A stretch of 64,000 bases of DNA from sequence record OZ195776.1; one strand, 5' to 3'. A program made the translations under genes and the position numbers. A model generated the notes under the pieces. It was not told the origin of the DNA and did no database searches. It saw nothing but the letters and a program-made list of their open reading frames with translations. This document shows, one piece after another, positions 9,084 to 17,786 of this stretch. Positions within the stretch are counted from its first letter, which is position 1, and each line of letters starts with the position of its first letter.

Positions 9084-9308
9084 ATGAACGGTAATGACGT
9101 AATGAAAGAAGTAAAAGAAGCTGGCTTTGACGCGGGTTTAGCGATCGCAACCGATGCTGAAGTAAACGCGGGTGCAGCGTGCGGTCAAATGGCAATTCTT
9201 GATGAAGTAAAAGAAGCGGGGTTCGATGCAGGTCTTGCAATCGCAACTGACGCGGAAGTGGATGCTGGTGCAGCATGTGGTCAAATGGCAATTTTGGAAG
9301 ATGCATAA
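9084..9308 (+). CDS. 74-aa peptide with two copies of an RlmN C-terminal-like AACGQ module
   Basis: Own RBS (aaggt) and ATG; 2 x 32-aa repeat EVKEAGFDAGLAIATDAEV[N/D]AGAACGQMAIL[D/E]. Confidence 0.85.
   Translation: MNGNDVMKEVKEAGFDAGLAIATDAEVNAGAACGQMAILDEVKEAGFDAGLAIATDAEVDAGAACGQMAILEDA
9108..9299 (+). repeat. Tandem 96-bp coding repeat (2 copies)
   Basis: 9108-9203 and 9204-9299: 30/32 aa identical, many synonymous nucleotide differences. Confidence 0.9.
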
Positions 9309-9562
9309 TGAGTAAGAAGCAGTTCAACCCAGCAGTTATTGAATTAGCAAAAGACATCGCAGCGTTTGCATCCATCACGGCCAAGGTCGGATTCGAAGAT
9401 TGTCTGACCAACCAAAAGTTATTTGTTGAAATGTGTAACGAAGCAGGATTTACCACAGTATCTGGTAAGCCACTAACTCAAATGAATTTCCGTCATATGA
9501 TGGGTCGATTGCCCGACGAAGTGAAACTAGAAATACGTGATTCGTTTGACTTCAACGCATAA
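9308..9562 (+). CDS. Hypothetical protein (possible DNA-binding)
   Basis: TAATG coupling; GFTTVSGKPLTQMNFRHM resembles recombinase-type DNA-binding helices. Confidence 0.6.
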   Translation: MSKKQFNPAVIELAKDIAAFASITAKVGFEDCLTNQKLFVEMCNEAGFTTVSGKPLTQMNFRHMMGRLPDEVKLEIRDSFDFNA

Positions 9563-9565
9563 AGG

Positions 9566-9589
9566 AAAAGCCGCATATGCGGCTTTTTT
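9566..9589. terminator. Bidirectional terminator between convergent genes
   Basis: aaaagccgc-atat-gcggctttttt. Confidence 0.8.
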
Positions 9590-9971
9590 ATTTTGTTATC
9601 TTAGACTCAAGTTTACCAACAGTCACTACAAGCTGGTTAGTGGTCTTGGTTAAGTTGTTCGTAGCAATTGTTAAGTTTTCAAGCGCTGTTGTCATTTTAG
9701 CGTTCGCCACTTCAAGATTGTTAATACGATCAAGCGTAATATTCTGAGCCTTTGTTAGGCTACTGAATTGCTGTTCTTTTGTCAAAATCTGACGTTCAAG
9801 TACAGCGATGCGCGTGTCTTTGTTAGCATCTTCTTGAATAAGATATCGTCTCTCGTCCATAGCCTTTGATAAGTCTTTGATATCGTCGTTCATGACGTAC
9901 AAAGCACCAATGGCGGGGATTGCGATGGCGAGTATGGTTAGTAAGTTCTTTCTGATCCAGTTGGTATCCAT
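9588..9971 (-). CDS. Membrane-anchored coiled-coil protein (possible holin/lysis protein)
   Basis: Single N-terminal TM (LLTILAIAIPAIGALYVM) plus coiled coil; follows the tail-fibre genes, where T4 has its holin. Confidence 0.5.
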   Translation of the reverse strand: MDTNWIRKNLLTILAIAIPAIGALYVMNDDIKDLSKAMDERRYLIQEDANKDTRIAVLERQILTKEQQFSSLTKAQNITLDRINNLEVANAKMTTALENLTIATNNLTKTTNQLVVTVGKLESKITK

Positions 9972-10033
9972 AGGATTTCCCTTAGATTAGTGGAGACAAT
10001 CCTGTCCCCACTTAGCTTATAGTTCAATGATAT

Positions 10034-13000
10034 TTAACGTTTGAAAAAGTCCAACAGCTTGCGCCACGTTGGTTTCTTCAATTGCTCGATTTGCTCTTGC
10101 TGCTCTTTTATAGCCTCAACTAACAAACCTACCATATTACCATACGCCACTGAATACTTGGCATCTGCGTCGTCCTCAGTAGGACCGCCCAATACAGCTT
10201 CTGGTAACACCTCAAGCACTTCCTGTGCAATAACACCCGTTTGACGCGAACAATCATCATCGATTCTGTCGTAGGTGTAGCCACCTAATTTCATCACTTT
10301 CTCTAACGGATTCTCAATCTTTTTGATGTTCGTCTTAACACGAAGATCTGAATATGCAGTAACGTTACCAGTACAAGTCAAGTCACCTGTGGATGATAGG
10401 GACATTTTCTCGACATACGTTACCGTTTCGCTACCAGCTGCGATACTACTATCAGTAGACCACTTCATTGCTGAGTTAACAGCATCGTTTGCTACTTCGA
10501 TTTCCCACGCACTACCATCTTCTCTTGATTGATCATGAGCAAGACCGCCACCAAATCTCAAACCAACGTTGCCGCCACCATCGTTCGTGAATACTTTCAT
10601 AGCACCGATAATAGCATCACCACCATTGGCATCACCTATCACCAACGAAGAATCGCCAATGTCGTTGATCTTCACACCAGCAGCAAAAGTAATCTTACCA
10701 GCAGCGGTATCACCTGCATCACTTCTCAGGAATTGACTTGCTTGTAATCCGTCAACCTTATCCGAGTCTGTGGCCTTTCCGTCACTTCTTAGGAACTGGG
10801 TTGAATTCAATCCATCCAATAGATCCGAATCAGCAGCTTTCGCGGTAATACCAAGATATCGAGCATCTCCCTCGGATTTACTGTATACGCCAACGTGTGT
10901 TCTAACGGCACCCATGTCACTACAGAATCGAACGTAATTGTCACTACTGCTATTGACACGATATGCAATCGCACCAGCGATCGTAGTTTGATTATTGTAA
11001 GTTGGACGAAGCAATCGACAATAAATGTCACCAGAACTGTTTCGTGCAGCGATTGTATTAGCGGTTCCACCCGTAGCTGATTGCAAACCATCCAACAGAT
11101 CAGCATCTAATCCACTACCAGCGCCATCGTTATTTGCGTTCCAAATCTCATGATCGGTACCGCCGCTATCTCTCCACACAGGAGGATTTTGACTGGCTAG
11201 TCTAACATCAGCACGTCCAGTACTACCCAGATACGCCGACGTCGCATTTACTTGAAGCAATGGCTTGTTGTCAGAACCGTAAATCGTATTCATTGAATTG
11301 ATTCGTTGGTTAAACGTTGCGATTGCTGAGTACGTATTAACAGCAGTCCATGTTTGGGCTTTTGTTAATTCACCAAATGCAGTACGCTGAGCGCCATCTA
11401 ACAAATCCGCATCAAGTCCACTACCAGTACCATCGTTACCAGCATGCCAAACTTCGTTGTCAAGAATCTTCAATCCGGTTTGAGACAACTGCATTACGTT
11501 GGTGCTTGCGGTATTCGAGTTGTAATGGTAGTCCCAATTGAACGTTGCTTGCGCAGATGTTCCGTATCTATGCGCGTTTAACAACCAACCATAGCCTGCG
11601 GCAGATGTCGATGATGCGAATGCAATCGAAGTACGGCCAGTTGTATTGGTTGTAGTGCTCGGTTGCAATACAATAGATGCTGCATCAAAGATCGTGCCAT
11701 TTGTTTGTGCTTTTGTAATATGAACTTTGTTTTTTGATACGATTCTGTTGTTGAAGTCGTTGTTACCAGTCCATGTATTAGCACCAGCTAATTTACCAAA
11801 TGATGCGTGGTCGTAACCATCCAACGAGTTTGCTTCTTGAGCATACGTGTATGCGTTTGAAATCGTCGTGCTTAGGTCTGGAATTGCGGTTGCATCGATA
11901 CTGATGTCCCAACCGTCGTTCCAACGATTTGTATCTGAGTCACCGTACCCATGTTGGAAATCTCGAATCGATACTTGGGTGTATGACCAACTCGTTGTTG
12001 ATTCACCGATCCAAACGCAGCAATTTGTACCATCGTGACCAAAGCGTACGTTGTAATTGTTGCCCTTTGGACCCACAATCGCAGCGCTTGCGTTCACCCA
12101 CGTAGACGAGCTACCGTAGTTGTAACCACCAATCAACACCGAAAATGTATGCCCAGTTGTATACTCATACACATCCACCCAGAATTTCATCATGGTGCTT
12201 GTCCACGATACAGGCAATGTAACTTTGATATATCCAGTTGAGGTTGAGGTTGTTGTTTCAAAATGACCACCACCGACTGAGTGATGAATACGACCGGTAC
12301 GGATACCGTTTGCCGCGCCGACGCTAAGGTTATTCGACATACCAACATCTTGGTCGCTTCGTAGGAATTGACTTCCTTGCAATCCGTCAACAGTGTCGGC
12401 ATTCAGACCGCTACCAGGACCGTCGTTCCCAGCGTGCCATACTTTATTACCGTTGTATTGAATTGCATCGGTTTGACTACCAGCCCCACCATTGATTTTC
12501 AGAATGTTCTGACCGGACTTGATGTGAACGGTACGACTAGTTTCATTGTCATTCGAATCCGCATTCAGCCAAATATCACCAACTGAAGTTAGCGTAATAT
12601 CCGTTGAGTTGAACTGCAACTCATAACTCGACGCTGCTCCTCGAATGTTGTTTGTGCCCATTGTTAACAGGCCAGTCATCGTATCGCCTGAAGCGTTTAT
12701 GTAACGCGCGTCTAGCGTAGTGTAACTATTGGCTGTAAAGATTTCCTTACCTAGCCAATTGAACGTAGATCCGCTAGCTACAAAACCGTTAGTTGCGGTG
12801 GATCCAACTTGAAATCCCCCATCTGTTCTTACAAAGCTGTTACCGAAATACACGCCTGATGTTGAATCGCCAGTGTCGTTAATTCGCAACCAACTGTCAG
12901 TGGTTCGTACGACAGTTTTGCCAGCTACTTTGAAGTTGGTAACTTTGAAGTCTGCATTACCGTTGTCTAATATGAATCGCTGAGTACCTGTGGTATCTTC

Positions 13001-13372
13001 TCTGATACCAAACTTAGATCCATCTACAATAACGTACCACTTTTTGCTACCCTCAGTCAGAGTCAGACGTGGTGACGTACCTTGGATTTCGATATCATTG
13101 CTGGTAACTGTCAACTTACCAGACATCGTATCGCCGTTTTTGCTTACATAGCCTGCACCGTTGATAGGAGCAAACCTTGCATCAGATTCGGTTTTCGTAT
13201 ACGCACTTGTAGTTCCTCCATTTCCTAATTCACCAGGAAGCGGAGTATCGTGCTCGGTATATATTTTGTAGCCTGAGTAGCGGACCGTCTCACCTTGCGT
13301 TTGAAAGCGCAGATTTCCGCTGTGCCAGACCAGATTTCCGCCAATTGACGTTGACGATCTTAACTCTGCCAT
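10034..13372 (-). CDS. Long tail fibre distal subunit (gp37-like) with C-terminal S74 autocleaving chaperone
   Basis: Start MAELRSS at 13372; repeated WHAGNDGxGSGLDADxxDG fibre motifs; YSDLRVKTNI...GYTY...GVIAQE...VAYGNMVGLLVEAIKE. Confidence 0.85.
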   Translation of the reverse strand: MAELRSSTSIGGNLVWHSGNLRFQTQGETVRYSGYKIYTEHDTPLPGELGNGGTTSAYTKTESDARFAPINGAGYVSKNGDTMSGKLTVTSNDIEIQGTSPRLTLTEGSKKWYVIVDGSKFGIREDTTGTQRFILDNGNADFKVTNFKVAGKTVVRTTDSWLRINDTGDSTSGVYFGNSFVRTDGGFQVGSTATNGFVASGSTFNWLGKEIFTANSYTTLDARYINASGDTMTGLLTMGTNNIRGAASSYELQFNSTDITLTSVGDIWLNADSNDNETSRTVHIKSGQNILKINGGAGSQTDAIQYNGNKVWHAGNDGPGSGLNADTVDGLQGSQFLRSDQDVGMSNNLSVGAANGIRTGRIHHSVGGGHFETTTSTSTGYIKVTLPVSWTSTMMKFWVDVYEYTTGHTFSVLIGGYNYGSSSTWVNASAAIVGPKGNNYNVRFGHDGTNCCVWIGESTTSWSYTQVSIRDFQHGYGDSDTNRWNDGWDISIDATAIPDLSTTISNAYTYAQEANSLDGYDHASFGKLAGANTWTGNNDFNNRIVSKNKVHITKAQTNGTIFDAASIVLQPSTTTNTTGRTSIAFASSTSAAGYGWLLNAHRYGTSAQATFNWDYHYNSNTASTNVMQLSQTGLKILDNEVWHAGNDGTGSGLDADLLDGAQRTAFGELTKAQTWTAVNTYSAIATFNQRINSMNTIYGSDNKPLLQVNATSAYLGSTGRADVRLASQNPPVWRDSGGTDHEIWNANNDGAGSGLDADLLDGLQSATGGTANTIAARNSSGDIYCRLLRPTYNNQTTIAGAIAYRVNSSSDNYVRFCSDMGAVRTHVGVYSKSEGDARYLGITAKAADSDLLDGLNSTQFLRSDGKATDSDKVDGLQASQFLRSDAGDTAAGKITFAAGVKINDIGDSSLVIGDANGGDAIIGAMKVFTNDGGGNVGLRFGGGLAHDQSREDGSAWEIEVANDAVNSAMKWSTDSSIAAGSETVTYVEKMSLSSTGDLTCTGNVTAYSDLRVKTNIKKIENPLEKVMKLGGYTYDRIDDDCSRQTGVIAQEVLEVLPEAVLGGPTEDDADAKYSVAYGNMVGLLVEAIKEQQEQIEQLKKPTWRKLLDFFKR

Positions 13373-13410
13373 TTTATGTTCCTTTAGGTATATGTTTCTA
13401 TTTAGCAGAT

Positions 13411-13438
13411 AAAGAAAAAGCACCCGAAGGTGCTCTTT
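13411..13438 (-). terminator. Rho-independent terminator (UUCG loop)
   Basis: Minus strand gagcacc-ttcg-ggtgctttttcttt. Confidence 0.8.
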
Positions 13439-13439
13439 A

Positions 13440-14606
13440 TTAATGAAGCTGAGCTTTTAGGTCTTCGACCGTTTGCATCAACATCTCTACTTTATTATTC
13501 AGTCCCTCAATCGCAGCAGCTTGAACTGCTACAAGACGACCGTAATCAAGCGTTTTGTAATTTTCACCAGATAGTGATTCATTACCATCTGGATTGTTGT
13601 CGAACGGAGCAAGTGGAGTAACTTCTGGATAATCTTTAGAGACCTTATCAGCAAGCAATCCAATCTCAATCTTATCCATGTTGAATCCAGCCAAACGATT
13701 GGCTGTCTCGTTCCAAGTGTATTTCACCTTATCCCAACTCAGTACCTGTTTGAGAGCCGTGTCTGGATCAAGATGTTCGACAATGTCTTTTAAACGTCCA
13801 TCAGAAGCGTACGCTATTACGTTACCTGTAGCAGATACATCAACCGTCGTCGTTAGTGTTCCAGTGATTGCAACACCGCCAGTCGCTGTTTGTAGTTTAG
13901 TGCTACCAGCGAACAATAAGTCAGCAGAACCCGTCGCCTGACAACGCAAATACCACTGCGAGTCGGTATCGTTGTATATGCCACTAGAGCTACCATCTGC
14001 CATGTAAGACCACAATTGCGAATCAGAAGCATTTGATATTTGAATACCTCCCCAACCGGTTGTTGTTGATTTGATTTGCAATAGTCCGGCACGGTCTGTT
14101 GATTCTTTTAACGTATTGGTACCAACAACAAATGATGTTGCTGATGCAGGACCTTCAACATCCAGTCCAGCTCCAGCAACCTGCAACGTATTATCTCCAA
14201 CGAGAATCAATCGCGCATCATAATCTTCTGTGCCGTTACTGAAGTCGATGTGTGGGCTTGCTTCACCTGCACCTTGAAGTTGGATCTGTGGATCGTTCGC
14301 AGAAGAAACACCAATGTAAACACCACGTTGGGTTTGAGACGTACCTAGACTACCATTGAATTTACCATATCCAGTGTTGACTAATAAGTTGCCACCAACA
14401 TCAACATCACCAACGACAGATAGGTCATCACCAAACGTTGCCAACCTTGCATTGACTATTAAGTTGCCGTCAATGGTCGTATCGCCCTTCACGGTCAAAT
14501 CAACACCAATGGTAGCCGTTCCATCCACCATTAGATTTTTGTTTATTCTACCATCAGCGGTGACCAGAAGGTCACCGTAAACAGTACTACTCGATAATTG
14601 AGCCAT
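13440..14606 (-). CDS. Tail fibre/adhesin with C-terminal S74 chaperone
   Basis: Beta-helix-like N-terminal repeats; ASDGRLKDI...LDYGRLVAVQAAAIEGL. Confidence 0.75.
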   Translation of the reverse strand: MAQLSSSTVYGDLLVTADGRINKNLMVDGTATIGVDLTVKGDTTIDGNLIVNARLATFGDDLSVVGDVDVGGNLLVNTGYGKFNGSLGTSQTQRGVYIGVSSANDPQIQLQGAGEASPHIDFSNGTEDYDARLILVGDNTLQVAGAGLDVEGPASATSFVVGTNTLKESTDRAGLLQIKSTTTGWGGIQISNASDSQLWSYMADGSSSGIYNDTDSQWYLRCQATGSADLLFAGSTKLQTATGGVAITGTLTTTVDVSATGNVIAYASDGRLKDIVEHLDPDTALKQVLSWDKVKYTWNETANRLAGFNMDKIEIGLLADKVSKDYPEVTPLAPFDNNPDGNESLSGENYKTLDYGRLVAVQAAAIEGLNNKVEMLMQTVEDLKAQLH

Positions 14607-17600
14607 TATACTTCCTTAATTTCGTGTACCGACACAGACCCATCTTCGTATATGGACATCGGAGATTCATTTGCAATGTAACTATTTAGTCTCAATGCTT
14701 CTTCCTCAGTCAATGCACGATCGTACGCTCGAATTGAACGAATTACCGAGCCTGGAATCTGGTCGCAGAACGTACCCACATACGACCTACCCAAATCAAA
14801 AGACGGATCGTGAGTTGTTGGAACTTTATCCCAAATCGTCTGAGCGCCTGATTTACTTCCGTTTATGTAATGATGTGACGTTGCAGTTCCATCACCATCC
14901 AACGCGTATGTGAATATCCACACCGCTCGCTCATCTGCAGCAAATGCACCTGCAGTGTGGATGCTATATCCGCCACTACCTTGATTGGAGTCCTTGTACA
15001 CTTGAACGTTTCCACTTTGGTCGAAGTTCACCGCGAACTCGTGCGTATAGTGCGTTTCTAATAGGCCAGTTCGACCACCATCAATTGTGCCATGAGGTCC
15101 TGGAACGAAATCGACTACCAACGTAATCTCTCCGGTTAGATCGGCCTTCCCAGCAATGTCACCGCAACTGTAATAGCCACCAATCAATCCACGACCATCG
15201 TGCACAGCACCTTGAGATGTTCCATCAATGCCGTTTCCAGATAAGTCGGTAGCATCGCCACGAGTAAAGTCCCAATACCCAACCAATCCTTCGGTAACGC
15301 CCACTTCACTAACCTCACCAAATTTAGCAACGCCAGTTTCGGTAACGCCCAAATGCGTAGAAAAGTCCTGCGAGTAGGCATCGGATGTTGTTGTTGTGGC
15401 GTTGTTTTTCCACCACTCCGTATATTTCCGACCACCCTTCTCTGCAATCATAGCGTAATGATCACGAGAATGAGTTACTTTGGAAATTTCAGTGGCTCCA
15501 AACGCATCGCTCATACAGGTGTTGATCTCAGCGGATGTATACATTGAATCGTATGAGTGGAATCCGCACAAATAACCATCCGGAATACCATTTACAAACT
15601 CAATGAATTTCTCATCCGCAGTATCAACAACAACCACAGTAGTTGGAGTCGTTGGATCATCAATGTAATCAATGATGTAATCATCATCGGTGTACAAATC
15701 GAAGTTTGCATACGCCCAAGGTTTTAGCGCTCGGTCAAATACAACAACGTTAATCCCACGCGTACGATACCCCACACGAGTACCATCAACAAAGAATCCA
15801 GAATCACCACGGTTTGGCGAATTGCCACCGGTACCAATTACTTTGAGATTGACTGATTCGCCTAACGGAGCGTCCAATCGCTCATTGAATTCACTGGCAA
15901 CTAACATTCCAGTATCTGACAACGATGCTTTTGTTTCGTACATAGCTTTCACGTCATCTGCAGAAAGAGCAGTTGCGTACACTCGAACATCATCCAATGT
16001 CAACTCTTTTGAGTAGTAACTTGCTGGTGGATTGTAGAACTGACCCATGCGCAATTCCGTACCAACCGTCAGGGTACCGGCATGAGTTGCACTACCAACT
16101 TGAACACCGTCAATGTATCCACGCATCGTAGTTCCATCAAATGTGGATGTTAGTAGATGCCAATTCCCATCTAGTAAACCAGATCCCCAGTTATACACTT
16201 TACGAGAACCGCTGATATTAAATCCACATCGAATGCTACCGCCAGATGATATCGACATTTCATAACGAGCATCGTTGATATTAAACGGAATGTGATATGC
16301 ATCACCACCAGTAACGGAAGTCTTTATCCAACACGACATCGTTACTCGATTTGAACCGCCTACGTTACATGGCGCATACGCAGCAGAATCATCAAAGTAA
16401 AATGCGCCCCCACCACTAGCAGAGTCCTTGGTCCAAACCGGAGCTCCTACCGAATATACCATACCAGCATCATACTCGTGACCAGATGAATCTCGAATCG
16501 TTGCTGTTGGATTTTCACCAATAGTAAATTTAGTTGCTTTTGGTCTGCGCTCAATCTGAACATTATCAATCCACTGCGTACTACCATCTGCGCTATAATG
16601 TCCGTAAAAATACACGGTCATGTTTTTTGTAATGTCAATTGTGCTTGGAATCGTTGTTGCGTACTCTTGACGTTCCCACTGACCAACATTCGTCTGGGTG
16701 TGGGTTTTCTTGCCTGGTAACCACGTCCGACTACCACTTGTATTGTATACATAAAACCCAACGTTTTGACCTGCTCCAGAAACGTTAACTTTTTGATCCC
16801 ATGAAACGACGATATCGTCATCAGTTGTGAATCCGAGATCGTCTAGGTTACCACCAGTTGCAGTAATTCCCATCCAACGCTTAGCATGACCAAATTGACC
16901 ATTGTCGTTGATGTGTTTTTGACAAGGTGAACCATCTTTGCCTTCACGCACCCATTGACCATGATAACCAATGGTCGGATCAGGAACACCACTATTGTAC
17001 CCACTTGAAAATCCAGATACGGTTAACGCGTTCGGATGTAAAGCAGCGTTCCAACCAGGATCGTAGTTTTCATTCGTAACCGAGTCTCCAGTCGGGTCTG
17101 ATTTTAGATTGTCAGTCACATCCACTTGATGATTGAAATCGTAATGAATTGCCAAACCCTTGGATAGGTCCTTGATTTCTTTTACTGATAACGTTTCTGA
17201 GTAGAATCGAATGTCTTGCATGTACGCATCGGAGTTAGCACCTCCTCCACCAATTCGCATATCTGGTGGCTCTGGCATGGGCGGAGCGTGCATATTGCCA
17301 CTTGATAATAAATTGCCGTTCAGATAACAGTACCACTTTGTACCATCCAACTGCCAAACGTAGTGATTCCATTCTGCCTTGGCGGTTCCGGCAATATTGC
17401 TGTTTGTGTACAATGCTCCATTCACCGCATCATTGCGACCTATCGAACAATACATGTCCTGGCCGCCACCGGTAGTAACATTACCACGTTCCCAACGACG
17501 ATCGTATACGCCATCGTGCCAATGAATCAGATTTGCCCAAGACCCTACGCTATCATATTCATACAAAAAGAACGACATCGCGAAGATGCCGCTATTCATG

Positions 17601-17779
17601 TACGCGTCTTTAAGTCGCTGAGGCCAGAGGATGTTCAATTCCCCAGAACTCAAATCAGCACATTTACCAAACATGCCACCGTCAACTAAACCTAACGTAT
17701 CGATTTCTTTTGTTGTAACGTTTCTGCTCCAATCGTCAGTATCAACGTGGAGCGGAAACCATGCTTCTAATTGTGCCAT
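14606..17779 (-). CDS. Large virion lectin-like protein (multiple LamG/concanavalin A domains, ILEI-like insert)
   Basis: WNHYVWQLDGTKWYCYLNG, WHLLTSTFDGTTMRGYIDG, LDDVRVYATALS, IRAYDRALT. Confidence 0.75.
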   Translation of the reverse strand: MAQLEAWFPLHVDTDDWSRNVTTKEIDTLGLVDGGMFGKCADLSSGELNILWPQRLKDAYMNSGIFAMSFFLYEYDSVGSWANLIHWHDGVYDRRWERGNVTTGGGQDMYCSIGRNDAVNGALYTNSNIAGTAKAEWNHYVWQLDGTKWYCYLNGNLLSSGNMHAPPMPEPPDMRIGGGGANSDAYMQDIRFYSETLSVKEIKDLSKGLAIHYDFNHQVDVTDNLKSDPTGDSVTNENYDPGWNAALHPNALTVSGFSSGYNSGVPDPTIGYHGQWVREGKDGSPCQKHINDNGQFGHAKRWMGITATGGNLDDLGFTTDDDIVVSWDQKVNVSGAGQNVGFYVYNTSGSRTWLPGKKTHTQTNVGQWERQEYATTIPSTIDITKNMTVYFYGHYSADGSTQWIDNVQIERRPKATKFTIGENPTATIRDSSGHEYDAGMVYSVGAPVWTKDSASGGGAFYFDDSAAYAPCNVGGSNRVTMSCWIKTSVTGGDAYHIPFNINDARYEMSISSGGSIRCGFNISGSRKVYNWGSGLLDGNWHLLTSTFDGTTMRGYIDGVQVGSATHAGTLTVGTELRMGQFYNPPASYYSKELTLDDVRVYATALSADDVKAMYETKASLSDTGMLVASEFNERLDAPLGESVNLKVIGTGGNSPNRGDSGFFVDGTRVGYRTRGINVVVFDRALKPWAYANFDLYTDDDYIIDYIDDPTTPTTVVVVDTADEKFIEFVNGIPDGYLCGFHSYDSMYTSAEINTCMSDAFGATEISKVTHSRDHYAMIAEKGGRKYTEWWKNNATTTTSDAYSQDFSTHLGVTETGVAKFGEVSEVGVTEGLVGYWDFTRGDATDLSGNGIDGTSQGAVHDGRGLIGGYYSCGDIAGKADLTGEITLVVDFVPGPHGTIDGGRTGLLETHYTHEFAVNFDQSGNVQVYKDSNQGSGGYSIHTAGAFAADERAVWIFTYALDGDGTATSHHYINGSKSGAQTIWDKVPTTHDPSFDLGRSYVGTFCDQIPGSVIRSIRAYDRALTEEEALRLNSYIANESPMSIYEDGSVSVHEIKEV

Positions 17780-17786
17780 TTTTCAC

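Noticed and set aside
9108-9299. CRISPR-like or non-coding repeat
   Set aside because: Two adjacent coding units with synonymous divergence and no spacers.
8961-9308. 115-aa ORF from GTG 8961 as the real gene, or as evidence of a simple frameshift error
   Set aside because: The upstream part is not RlmN-like, while the overlapping 8228 frame keeps conserved residues (IKVSPINEN). ATG 9084 has its own RBS.
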